Assembly (NCBI GenBank): GCA_012295275.1
Contig: CM022679.1
Location: 62,001 to 126,000 of the forward strand
Source: Chrysomallon squamiferum
Taxonomy: Eukaryota > Animalia > Mollusca
Direction of reading: 5' to 3'
Length of the DNA stretch: 64,000 nucleotides
Within the stretch, counting starts at the first letter, position 1; each line of letters starts with the position of its first letter. Positions 1-13,600 of this stretch are shown here, piece by piece. The notes beneath the pieces were generated by a model, which was not told the DNA's origin, searched no databases, and was given only the letters and a program-made list of their open reading frames with translations. A program made the translations under genes and the position numbers.

Positions 1-375
1 TGCTATTTCTAGACAGACAATCTTTTTCTTTCTTTACAATAGGTTTACAGTTCTATTTAAAGAGAAAATGAGACAGAGTGTGAGAAAGACACACACAGAT
101 AAAGTGATAGGGGACGAGAAACAAAGAAAAGAGAAATATGTTGGGAATGAAAGAAAGAACAATTAGATGAATGCTGTTACACCAAAATGAAATGAGAATG
201 AAATTTTAAAAAGAAAATGGAAAATACTTCTGACACACTTGAATAAACCTCTTTTGTTTTGGTTTGATTTCATGTTGATTTAAATTAAAAGAAAAAAATT
301 GTTTTGCATTATTTACCTGTTATAACTGATAGTTACACTAAATGAAATTTTTGAGTACTTTGTTTTTATTTTCAG

Positions 376-598
376 TTGTCGACATTACACAAGTACGAAG
401 AAGTTTTGTACAAATTGAACTCAGAGGCTCAGCAGAAATCTCAGACTCAAGTTGTTCCTACAGTGAGTAATTTATATATATACTTATATCTATACACACA
501 CACACACACACACACATGCATACACACACACGCATACACACACACACACACACACAGTACACAAAACACACACACACACACACACATACACACAAAAA

Positions 599-667
<69 letters not shown>

Positions 668-733
668 CACACAAAAACACGCATACACACACACACACAC
701 ACACACAGTACACAAACACACGCACAGACACAG

Positions 734-764
<31 letters not shown>

Positions 765-2055
765 TCACAGCATACACAAAAACACTAAAAGACGTTTGAT
801 AGTGGGTACAGAAGTTTTAGTCAGTATTTTGCGGAAAAATGAAATAAATGTAATACACTTGTTTGTTGCAGACAGACATCATAGAAATCTGTCCTAATCC
901 ACTGATCCTTGCTCAGCAGCTCACCCACATAGAACTGGTTAGTATTGTAATATCATCTTGGGTTAGTTAGTATTCTAATTTCATCTTGCGTTAGTATTTT
1001 AATACTGTTATTTTCTGTTAGGAGTTTAACATGATCTTGTGTTAGCTGGTTTTGTTATTTACTGTTAGTTTGTTAGTGTTATGTTGCTGTTAAGTTAACT
1101 TGTTTATGTGACAGTGTTAGCATGTCGGGTTTTCACAGGTAATTATTGTTATCAGATGGAAAAACATGACTATTACATTAATTCCTGTGGTGTGTTCTTT
1201 TTTAGCCTGTGCCCTGATGTCTCTGTAATATCTTTTTCTGCTAATCAGTAACATGCAATACAAAGGCATCAACATTTGTTTTTTTCATATTAATAATAAT
1301 AATAATAACAGCAGCATTTATATAATGCCTCATAAACTCTGTTTGATACTCTGTAAGCTTAATCACTACAAAGAAGAAATGCAAGAATGTATTAAACACC
1401 CAGATTTATTAATACTAATATATGCTGAGATATGAATAACAAAACTTTGATTCATGACCAGTAGTTTAGTCATTAACATACTTGAGCTGTATGAGTTGTT
1501 ATCACTAATCTGCATGGTGAATGTTGTTGTAACACTAAGATGACATCACGCTCCACCCTCTTGTCCACTTCCCATTGCTCTATGTGTCATGTCCTTAACA
1601 AGAATTTTAGTTGAATGGAAATGACCCAGGGTTGATAGGGGAGATCAGAGGAACAGTTGTGCCACTTATTTAAAGTTAAGTGCCACCTCATAACTGCTAA
1701 TTTTAATTATTATTTATTGTTTAGAACCCAGTTTCCATAAATTTCATTAAAATTAATTATTATTTGTTGTTTCTATCAATTTAATTGATATTAATAAAGA
1801 AGAAAATATTTCCCTATTTCTTGGAAGCTAAGATTTATTATTTTAGAAGAAAACCCAAAATATTATTATTTTTTGTTTAGAAAATGACTTTCATTTATTT
1901 GTTTAGTGCCAGTTGTTTAGACCAGTTCAGTGTGATGTATGTTCCAACACAAACTGAAACAGTCAGGCCAAGTGTTTTATTCTCTGTTAACAAGTGACAA
2001 ATACTACTTTCCATACTGTAATGCTTACTATGTTTAAATCAGTCAATCTCATTTG

Positions 2056-2095
<40 letters not shown>

Positions 2096-5000
2096 TTTTA
2101 CTAGGATATGTAACATATCTTTCAGTTGTAGATTGCTGGTTGTTTAACCAGTGTGTCTAAATACACAATATATAACGATTGTTTGTTTATTGTTTGTTTA
2201 CAGGAGAGACTGAGTATGATAGGGCCAGAAGAATTTGTACAAGCTTTTTCAAAAGAATCTTACACCAGTGAGGTAAACAGTTAAATAAACTAACAATTTA
2301 ATTGTTTTTTTTTACTTTAAAAATAATAATAATAATAATAATAATAAAAATAATAATAATAAATAAATAAATAAAAACATTTTAATAATATTCATGAATG
2401 TGTTTTCCTGTATTTTAAAAGATAAAGAATAATGAATGAATCTAGTATGACAAAGAGAAAGTGATCAGTGACATGTTGTAATATTTTATTGTTCAGTGTT
2501 TAATGTTAATTTCAGACAACATTCAGAGACATGAAGAAGACGAGCAATCTAGAAGCCTATGTTCAGTGGTTTAATCGTCTCAGTTACATGGTTGCCTCGG
2601 AAATCTGCTCTGTAAGTTGTCATCTGTTTTCAGCTAGCAGACTGTTGTGTTAACACTGGTAATGTGTCAGATACACACTCATAGTGTCTAGTTGTTTCTT
2701 AATTTACAGCTTATAGTCACTAGCTTAGCAGATAAATCATAAAAATATATCACATAACTGTAATATTTAGTTAATAAAGTATGTTAATAATTTCTGTTTG
2801 GGCAGTTTAAAAGAGAGAGAAAAAAAACATTGTCTTTTGATTAACTTCATAGAGGTCAAAACAGGGAATGTGTCTGTTACTATTGTATTTATTAGTCCTT
2901 CCTTTGAAAACATGTCTAAAGTCAAAATTATTACTTGTGATCACATATAAGTGAGCTTGTTAAGAATTAAAATAAGTTTTATTGTTTACAGCATTTAAAA
3001 AAGAAGAACAGGGTGAAGATGATAGAATATTTTATTGATGTTGCCAAGGAGTGTATCAACATCGGCAACTTCAACTCCCTCATGGCCATCATCGCAGGCA
3101 TGAACATGAGTCCAGTTACACGCTTGAAAAAAACAGTGAGTATTTTACTTCTGTTGTTGTTATTGTTATTATCAGTATTGTTGTTATTAACTAAGAGTAA
3201 TGTGTGGCTAAAACTGAAATTATTATATTTTTGTTTTAATAATTTGTTGTTGGTTTTTAAAAATATTGCAGGTAAATAATAATATATAAACATATTTAAT
3301 GTTATTATTTGTTTTAATGAGTTGTTTGATGTGTTGTTTTTATGTTGCAGTGGTCCAAAGTGAACACAGATAAGTTTGACATACTGGAACATCAGATGGA
3401 TCCGTCTAACAACTTCGGCAGCTACAGGTCGTCGCTGAAGGCAGCGATGTGGAGATCTCAGGGTGCTGTGGATGACAGAGAGAAAGTGAGACATCTTCTA
3501 TTTATCTGTTAGCTAATACTATTATATTTCTCTTTTCTTTCTTTCTTTCTCAGTCTGTTTTTGGGCCACAAAATCATAATCAAGTTTTTGTGGATAAAAT
3601 GTATAGAAGTTAATATCCTGTAGTTACAAGTTCCTGGTGTACAGCAGATACTTGGAGTGTTTCTCTCATAAACAATAACTTTGATACTCACTCAACTCAC
3701 AGAATTAATTCTCATTGATGTCACAGCTAAGGGGAAGTAACTTAGTCAAGAATTGCCAGTTTGTTTAACTGAACTGAAAACTGTTTTAACTTTAAACAGA
3801 TTTTTAATTCTCATCATTTATGTAAAGTCAGGATTTCAGAAAGTAAATTTTGTTTTGTGATACATTTTTAAATACTAAATATTAAATTTATGTTACTGCT
3901 TCTCCACCAGTCTGTTGAAATGTTTAAACTTTATGTTGGTGTTTTAACACAGATTTTTTCTTTGATTTACAGATAGTCATTCCATTCTTCAGCCTGTTTG
4001 TGAAAGATTTGTATTTCCTCAATGAGGGGTGTTGTAACAAGAGAGAGAGTGGAAACATCAACTTTGAGGTAAAATTATTTCTATTTTTTATTTTTCTTAA
4101 ACATTTATTATTATTGTTTTTGTTGTAAAATAAATTAAAATTAATAAAAGTATTTTATTCATATTTCCTTTATCTTGCAATGAAAGATAGCTGTTAATAT
4201 TGATGTATATATTTATATATATATATATATACATGTATTTTCCAAAATCATAATCCTTCATGTATCATAGCTTGAAGTACCGTTTGTCTATACCAATAAT
4301 ATTAATATTTTATCAGATGTTTAAAAATATCAGTATGTTTTATATTTTTGGCAGTTATTGTTTTATCAGAGTAGAGTAGTATATATATATATTTTTTTTT
4401 TTCAGAAATTCTGGCAGATGGCAAAACAGATTTCAGAATTAATAGCCTGGCAGCAAGTAGAGGTAATTTTTTAATTAATATTACTTCAGTCTCTGCATGC
4501 TCAGACATGATTTTGATAAACGTTTTAAGCATATCATAATGCAAAAACCATTTACAATATATTTTGTAAATCACATGACTTTATTATTAGCAAATTATAG
4601 TTCCAATATTTAATCTTTAAAAAAATAGTATTGTTTAAATTTTAATTTTAATAAATTCTACAGATCTTTCCTTTGTCAGAATTATCTACAAATAATTTAA
4701 TAATTTAAATTATAAAGTTTTGTTTTGTTCACTGTGTGTTTGTTTTTCAGTGTCCGTTTGAGAAAGACAGCAAAACTTTACATTACGTCCTCACCTCACC
4801 TGTGTTTTCTGAAACCAGTAAGTGTTTTCTTCTTTAATTCATGAATAAATGAATGAATAAACAGATGAATAAAAGCAGGAAAATAAAGGAAAAAAAGAAT
4901 GAATTGAGGATCATAAATGAATGAAAACTGGATGAACAAAGATGCAAGAAAAAATGTTATAAAATAAATAAATGATATTAATAACAGACAGGAAAAAAAG

Positions 5001-5576
5001 TAAAAATATGAACAACACTAATTTACTTATGTAAAAGTGAATAAATAAGAATTTTAACAGCATACTCATATAAAAAACTTGGTATGTGTGTGTAGATCAG
5101 TTACTTATTAGAACATTTCAACATAAGTTTATACAATTTTGGTTTAATGTATACATATGATGATGTTTTAATTTGTTACATAATAAAATGTTTCTTCATT
5201 TCAGCTTTGTCTCTGGCCTCATTTGAGTGTGAACCTCCAGAAACCAGTTACGACAAAGACCGACACAAACAGTTGAAGTGAGTTTATTATATTTATTTAG
5301 TTTAGTATATTAACAAATATGTGTAAGTTAATCGAGACAGATTTTGTAAATACATGTTTACAAACACAGGTTTCCATACACTCTTTCTTAAGTAATTTGG
5401 TAAACAGAGTTAGGCATAGATTGATTTTATTACTATTTATTTATTATTCTTGTTTTTAATTATTATTATTATTATTTTGAATTTTTTTAAATTGGCTCTA
5501 TATATTAAATATAGGACACAAAGTTCATAGTAAATATTTTAATTTATTTACTTTCAGGGCTTTAGCTGGTTTATGA
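376..5576 (+). CDS. RASGEF1B: Ras-GEF domain-containing family member 1 (RASGEF1A/B/C-like), 3' portion; 5' exons lie upstream of the window
   Basis: Exons with AG/GT borders that join in frame: 376-462, 872-937, 2204-2272, 2516-2611, 2992-3135, 3351-3485, 3973-4068, 4406-4462, 4751-4817, 5205-5277, 5558-5576 (TGA). The translation includes LAQQLTHIELERLSMIGPEEFVQAF, NLEAYVQWFNRLSYMVASEIC, FIDVAKECINIGNFNSLMAIIAGMNMSPVTRLKKTW, LEHQMDPSNNF, IVIPFFSLFVKDLYFLNEG and SLASFECEPP. This is a CDC25-type RasGEF domain with RASGEF1-specific motifs. The paralog letter cannot be resolved in an invertebrate. Confidence 0.93.
493..785. repeat. Compound (CA)n microsatellite in a RasGEF1 intron
   Basis: About 290 bp of interrupted CA repeats. 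It generates the THTH/CVCV pseudo-ORFs in the track. Confidence 0.95.
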
Positions 5577-5740
5577 CAACCAAAGAAACTGGTGCCTCTC
5601 TCAGTACCTGCTAGACATTAATGTGAACTACCACTTTAAACTGGTAACAAGCTGTTTGGTGCCAGGCGCAGATTCCAGAGTCAAGTCACAAAGTGAAGAC
5701 TCATACATCATTCACCTATAGCCGCCATATTGTGAGCAGC

Positions 5741-6020
5741 TGTTCTGTAAGAAAAAACAATAAAGTGCTCACAGAAGTGAAATTCAGACTAGAAGTGGAA
5801 TTTCTCTACAAGAAAAACAGTAAAATGTCCATAGGAAGTGGAACTATTCTGTTACAAAAAAACCCAGTAAAGTGCTGCAAGAAGTGGAATTCTTCTGTAA
5901 GAAAAAATAATTAAATGCTGACTGAAAGTGGAGCTCTTCTGTTAAGAAAAAAATAGTCAAGTGCTTAGAAGAAATTGAACTCTCATGCCAAAAATAATAG
6001 TGAGTAAAAGAAGATAGAAT
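5741..6020 (+). repeat. Degenerate ~43-45 bp tandem repeat (~6 copies) in the RasGEF1 3'UTR
   Basis: Recurring unit of the form ttctgtaagaaaaaacagtaaagtgct...gaagtggaa seen about six times, increasingly diverged toward the 3' side. Confidence 0.7.
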
Positions 6021-7632
6021 TAACTAACAGCTTTTTATTTTTGTTTTTTGTCATAAATGATAAGAAAAAAGATAAATGATAATAACTATATCTGAGGTTA
6101 ATTAATATTTAGTACTCAGGGATGATCAATTTTACAGGAGAGTTAAACAGATCAGTAAACTTGGAAGGGATTTCTGCTTTTAATAAACAGATGAAAGCTT
6201 GGTGTTTTTTTAAGTCTAGTAAATCAAGGAAGTATTTATTCAGATTAATAATCTGAAAAGATTTGTCTCATATTACAGAGTGTGATAAACCAGATAAAGA
6301 AATGTTGTTTAACAAAAGTTTTCATGTAAACAGCCTCAAAACTTCACACATCATTATGTCAATTGTTACCATTTTGGGCCTCAGTAATGTCTCATCTAAG
6401 ATTTTTACAGTTTAAATCTAAGCTTTTTATGCCTCACTGACATTTAAATGGTGCTTTTTTTTCTTTTTTTTAAATTGTTTTATTATATTTTTATTATTAT
6501 TATTATTATTATTATTTAATTTTGTTAAATAAATGAAAGTAACCATACATGAAAATCTGGGACAACTTAAAATACCAGTTGACTTGCATGTTAGTCAGTG
6601 ATACTGTAAATCATTTAAAAGGTGTTAAAATGTTTAATGTGTTATTTACTACATGTAAATGTATTTAATGTGTTCTACATGTATACATATGTACTACAGA
6701 TGTATGTATAGGCGCCAGACTTTACGAGGGAACAAAATAGGGCAAAATTAGAAAGACACACAAAAAATTACATGCAAAGAATATTTTATATTTGTTATGA
6801 CAAAATCTTGAACCAAAGAGATGCAATTGTTATTATTTATCACTTCAGTTTGATTCAATAGAAATACTGTAAACCAAATCTCTTAAAAAAAAAAAAAAAA
6901 AAAGTTAATCTTTTAATTTTATTGCTTAGCTCAGTTAAACTTTCTTGTGAAATTTTTTGTTTTAAATAAAATAAATTTCACGTCTTTTATAAACTTTTAT
7001 TTAACACTGGTAAATAATAATAAAATGTAAAATTTTAATGTATTCCAAGAATGAAAATGAAGTAATTATTTACTGAAACCAGTTTGATTAATTTACAAAT
7101 TTTCTCCAGATTATCAATACAGTGCTTTAGACATAGTCATTGACATAGTCATTGTACATAGCAATGTCATAGCAACTGTGTCTGTACATAGCAACAGAAT
7201 CCATTATTATTATTTAGTTCAGTAGTAGTAGTAACTATATGGCTGATATTGGTTAACATTACAGCATTCTGTTATCTGAGGAGAGACTGGGGCAGGGTGT
7301 TTCTGATAGGGTAGTGTTTGGGGTGGGGTGTGTTGATGATTAAAACAGCACTTGTTGATGTCACACTGTCTAGTTGTTATTGTTGTACATTGTAATAACA
7401 AAAAATAAAAATAAATATATTAAAAAAAATGTGTTTGTTATTTCTGTTCTTAATATTTTATTGCTAAATGATTGAATAAAAAATTCTCATTCTCTCTCTC
7501 TCTCTCCACACACACACACACACTTCTGTTCAAACTCTGCAGGCTATTGTGGTTCATATCACCATAACAACTATCAGATCTGTTCTCTGTTCAATTGTTT
7601 TGATAACACAGTCAGATCTGTTCCATGATCTG

Positions 7633-10600
7633 TCACCGTGGTAACATGTTCAAGTTGATAAGATGTCTCATTGTTGGTCTGCCGTGAGGACAATTCTGAA
7701 ACAAAACAAATTAAAAATACTGACACATGTTCTGATCTTAAATATAGTAAATAAATAAAACAAATTAAAAATACTGACACGTGTTCAGATCTTAAATATA
7801 GTAAATAAATAAAACAAATTAAAAATACTGACAAGTGTTCTGATTTTAAATACAGTAAATAAATAAAACAATGAATGTGTGAGTTAAAAAATTTAATAGA
7901 AAAGTTCTCGAAATGTTACCATCAGACTTAAAAAAAAAAAAAAACATATATATATATATATACATATTTTTTTGGATGTAACATATTTTTACTATTTCAG
8001 ACACTCACCCAGGGCTGCTCTATTTCACCCATGTGACACAAAAGCTGGAAAAAAAAAGAAGACAAATATAAAAAAACAAAAAAACAGTATAATAAAGGAG
8101 ATCAAACTTCTATTTTTCAAGTAAATATATAAATCCTTTAGAAAGCAGTTGCATGTAAATGAACATACATTTTTACACTAAAAGTTAATTAATGAACATA
8201 AAATCAATCAAACCTTTTTCATTTCTGATGTGTTGAGAGCTGTACCAACCATGATAGATTTTCTACAAGCTCTGGACGCAAACATCTGACGAACACGAGA
8301 TGGTCGACACATCACTCCCTGAAATTAAAATTGTCTACAAAATATACACAACACCACATTTTAATATTTATAACTATTTAATGTTACATACAAATCTTGA
8401 TAATTGCACTGCATTAAGACTTCAGTACACAAAAAAATTATCATCAAATAACATATTATTTTTATATAGTTATTTTAATTCATAAAAGATAAATAATATA
8501 ATTTATTTATAAATAATAATTTAATTAATTCATATATAAATAGTTTTTTAAAATATCACAATAATAGATAAGTTTTTACAAAGTGAACAGAATTTATTTT
8601 AAAGTCAACTCACAGGAGAATCAGTTAACATGAAGATAAGCTCTTCAATATCTGAAAACAAAATTCACAAAAACAACCAAGTAGTGTAAACAATATCATG
8701 ACAATCTATTACACTCTGATCTCAGAATACTTAAAGAATCAAACCTGACTTACAGCTAATTATGATTCTTATTTCTCTAAACAAAACACAGTAACAACAT
8801 AAACTGAAAGAGAGAGTAATTTATATAAAGTGATGTTGAAAAACGAATGGCTTGGTCACAGGAGAGGAGAGGAAAGCAGACATTTGAAGAAACTGACCTT
8901 CTTTTCCAAACTGCCAGTTTTTACTCACAGGAGTGGACAGCAGCTTCACTCTCTTGGTTGGCTCAGCTGTTAAACAAAACATTTTGTTGATTTAAATAAA
9001 ATAAAATATTTAATTTGATAAAAGGAACTACTTTCCTTACAATAAAAGTTATAATAAAGTTTAAAAATATTTTTATTCCCAGTGCAGTAATAGCTCACAT
9101 AATCTGAGTAATAATGTTATGTGTGTGTAAAGTACATAAGGAAAGATATTACTGTAATCAATGAAAATACACAATTTAACTGCTTAGAATACTGCAATAT
9201 TTAACTGTTAAATGTGAAAAAACAACAACCAAAAAACACAATAAAATTTTAAAAATATATAAGAATACACACAAAAATATATGTGAGTGTGTGCATGTAT
9301 AAATATATAATAATAATAATAATAATAATAAATTAATAAACGAAAATTATTTTTTTAAATTATTTTTTAAAACAAAAGCCAGCCTGATACTAGCAGTTAG
9401 AATGAAACAGTTTTACACTTACCAGATTCATCAATGACAAAATCAAATCCATTCTTTTTAAATATCTCCAGGTTGTCCACTAAAATGGATTCATTACTTG
9501 CTGTCAGCTCTAAATACTGAGGACTGAAATTAGAATTAGCACATTTTAAAACTAAAAATTAAAACTGATTAAACTATCTAAATAAATAAATTTAGAACTT
9601 TTTCATACATACAAATGAATTTATTTGTGATAAGAAATATATATTTCATTTTCTTGCAAGAGTAAATTATATCTGACCTAAACTGCACATGTACATATAT
9701 TTATTATGAATCCATTTCAAACAATTATTCAGCACCGACATTTAGAAATTGAACTACATGACACTTAAGATACTGCAATAATTTAACGTTTCCAAATGTA
9801 ATTGTAGTTATACTGTGGAAGTTTGACTGGGCAGAAGGAAATATTTCTTTGTGATACAGATATCTAGATAAATAATATCTGTACCAGAAAGTGGTGTGTG
9901 TTGTTGTAAATGGAGATAATTATACCAACCAATACTGTTGAGAGTGGTGTGTTATAAAGGGAAATAACTGTACCAGATAAGTTTCTGACTGTGGAGAGTG
10001 GTGTGTTGTAAAGGGAAATAACTGTACCAGATAAGTTTCTGATTGTGGAGAGTGGTGTGTTGTAAATGGAAATAACTGTACCAGATAAGTTTCTGACTGT
10101 TGAGATGGTGTGTTGTAAAGGGAAATAACTGTACCAGATAAGTTTCTGACTGTGGAGAGTGGTGTGTTGTTGTAACATTTCAAAATTGTATTTCTCATCT
10201 GAGGCATGCTGGTCTACAATGAACAAATCTTCTCCATGTCTGGCAATTATAAATCCCAGATTGAACTGAAAATAAATAAATAAATCATATTAATAAACAA
10301 ATAATTTAAATAACAAGAAAACAGGCATCAAGAACGCTCGAGGTTACCAACTTTCAGACGCATCCACAGTGTGACGTCACATGTCTAGTGACAGTCGGTT
10401 CACAGCGCGACGTCACTTAGTAAAGAACAATATAAGAATCACTGCAACAGAGCAGTGTTGTTGGTTATTCATGAGAGATCTATGTCTGACTAGCAGTCCC
10501 TGACTGCCTTACAGAAGAAAAATGGGGTGCAGTTTATAAGTGGGAAGGACAATGACACTCATGTAGGGACTTTGTTCACTATATTGCCCAAGCAATGAGA

Positions 10601-13600
10601 GATGATATCAAACAGATGATACAGTGTGCCAAATTTATGTCAGTTGAACAAGACGGCATAGAAGCTTGCAAAACTAGAGATGAAAAAAAAAATGAATTTA
10701 TGTGAAGATTGTAGTGAGGGGCCAGCCTGTTGAACTATTACTTAAATGTTTAAAAATGAGCAATTTCGGTGGAGTAACTGCAGACAGTTTCAAGCATGTT
10801 ATAGATGATGCTTTCATGATTATGACATTCCTGGTGAAAAATACACAAAATGTCTTATTTGTGCTTGTGCAGATGGAACAAATGTTAATCTGGTAAACTG
10901 AATGGTGCTCTAACTGTAATGAAAACTTAAGGCAGGAAATGGTTGCAAATAATTCATTTCTCTGCACACAGAATTGAATGGCTGTCAAAGATGCATTTGC
11001 TGAAATTGGTGACTTTGCAAAAGTGGATGGCATGATGTTGAATCTGTTTACATTTTTCAAGAATAGTGGCAAGTGTTGGAGAATATTGCTACTTATTGCA
11101 GAGCGGTTAGGGGTTCTAGTCCAACGTATACCAAAAGCTTCTGGTGCATGATTTCAAATTCATAAAAACAGGGCCATCAAATCTATGATCATAAACTTTC
11201 TGCCTCTATGTTGATTCGCAGAAATATGATTCAGGCTTCAAACAGTTTGCAAACCAGACCAAAAGGCTAGACTAAAGGGGTACCTCAACACATGGCTGAG
11301 TTATGGGTATCTGGCATCTATGCATCTCTACAGACTTACTCTGAAACAAACTGCCCATTTGTCACATGTTGCTCAGAATGCAACTTCATTAGTCACAGAT
11401 GTTACTGACACAATAAAATCAACTGTAGATGAACTCAGTACACTTGCTGCACGAGAGACTGAAACAGATAAGAACAAAACTGATCGCAGCAATTTCAACA
11501 CAGCTGATTAAACGAATGGATTCTTTCAATGACCCTATCTTCAAGGCAGTGAAAACAGCTGATCACACTCAGTGGGATATATCTGATCAAAAATATGGCT
11601 TGGAACAAATTAAACTGTTACCTAAAAATTTTTCTGAAAGCCTAGCTTACCACAACTTTGCCCTAGATATGGCTGTTGCAGAATGAGGGGTTTAAAAAAA
11701 ACTTGTGGCAAACAAATTCATTCACTTCCAAAGTAAACAAGGCATGTGGTGTCAAATATTCAGACGTCATCACTGAATATCCACACATTCTTCTTATCAT
11801 TGAACTCATCTTGGTGGTTGCACTTGCTAGTGCAAGTGTTGAGAAGGGCATAAGCTCTCTCAGTTGGCAGTTGACAAATACCAGGTTGAACATGGACAAT
11901 TCTACACTGGATGATTTGCTGGTGATTAGAGTTAACCTGCCTGCACTTATAAGCTGTGACCCTTCATATGAATAAAAACTATACACTATACCTATACACA
12001 AAGTATTAATACAATGAGAACAGTGATATGGATAAATAACAAATATATTATACTGTTCACCATGCATGTATATAAGGGATTTCACAACAATAATAATGGG
12101 AATCATAAACTTGATAAATTTGTGGTAACCTATAGGTTTACCAGGTCCTGTTTTGTGGTAACCTCTAAATGGGTACCAGATATGATCCTTATTTCGATGC
12201 CTCAGTAAATAATATAAATAAATAATATAAATAATAAATAAATAAATAGTCTATATAATATATAAACAAATAACCAAACAAATAAATAAACATATAAATA
12301 AAAAATATTATTAGATAAAGTCTCATACCTGACCCAACACGTCCATCTCTTGAAACATGCCTTTTCTGAAAATAAAAAAAAATAGAAAATAAAAACTTTT
12401 GTCATGGTAATCAAAAATATGCTTTCTCCCAACACAATTATCTTTAGCAGCCTACAGGAGACGTAAACAGCATACTATCAAAATTTATTAACATCCACTC
12501 ACTCTGATTAGAAACAGTTTAAACATGTTACCAGTCCAAACTTACAGTTAGCTGTGGAAGATTGGACAAAATATGTAAATGTGTCCTAACTTGGAGTAGA
12601 ATATACGACAGATTTTGTCAAGATGTGAAAAGATGCACATAAATATGAAATTTGGTGAGCAAGCATTTTGAAGTATGCTGAAACAAAATTTAAAGGGAAG
12701 CAGGTGATACTGGCAATGCTGGCAATGCTGGTAAACATTTATCAAATTTTGAAACTTTGTTTTTTTGTAATTTTTTAAATGTGTATAAATCCTCACATAT
12801 TAAATTTCTCACTTTCAGAAGTGCACATCCTTTCAGGTATCACAAAAAGAAATGAAAGTTAGAGATAAAAACTAAAACATAAAATATAAAAACTTACGAA
12901 ATTTCCTTCCTTAGTTCATCTTCTGCAGCCTGGTTGTCAGTTGTTGAAATCTGTGCCCGGAATGTTCGACAAAATCCAGAATCATCATCATTTTTTACTG
13001 TTTAAAACAAAAACTTACAAAAATAAAAAGTTTTTATATAAAACATAATCACAGAATATTAAACCAAAAGAAAGAAGTCACCATTTAAAACAGACATAAA
13101 CCTGTTACTTGTAACTACTTTAATTGATATTATTTATTTATTTATTTTTATTTAATAAAAGTATTTATAGTAGGCTGGTTTTATATATAAGAATGATAAA
13201 TACAGCAATGAAAGTATTACTATACTTTTTTGACTTCTTCTTTTCTTCAAGTCTTCCCAAGAGAAATTTATCAGCTTTTCCTTTTTGAGGCTATTTAGTT
13301 TTTCATCCTATAATTAAATAAACAGAATAAATATTACAAATTTAACATGAAAGAATTAAATATATTTATTTTTTTATATCTCATTCATGTTAAATATTTA
13401 TACAATAGAAAAAAATCAAGAACAATAATAATGAAATATATAAAAATAAAAATAGAAATAAATACTACAAATAGGATGTAAGTATGTCAATAGGAAAATT
13501 ATTATTTGAATGTTACTTACTAATGTCTGTGTGACAAAACTAACTGTCTGTTTTTCTGTCTGTCTGTCTTCACTGACAGTACAGGGAGTGACTGTTACAT

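Noticed and set aside
447-788. ORFs of THTH/CVCV repeats (similar ORFs at 30611-30995, 33056-33734, 46838-47099, 53953-54225, 57910-58284 and elsewhere)
   Set aside because: They are translations of di-, tri- and tetranucleotide microsatellites, with no domain content or splice support.
2979-3494. 171-aa minus-strand ORF
   Set aside because: Antisense shadow of two RasGEF1 exons and the intron between them.
10698-12106. Minus-strand ORFs of 124 and 147 aa
   Set aside because: Antisense to the hAT transposase remnant, with no recognisable motifs.
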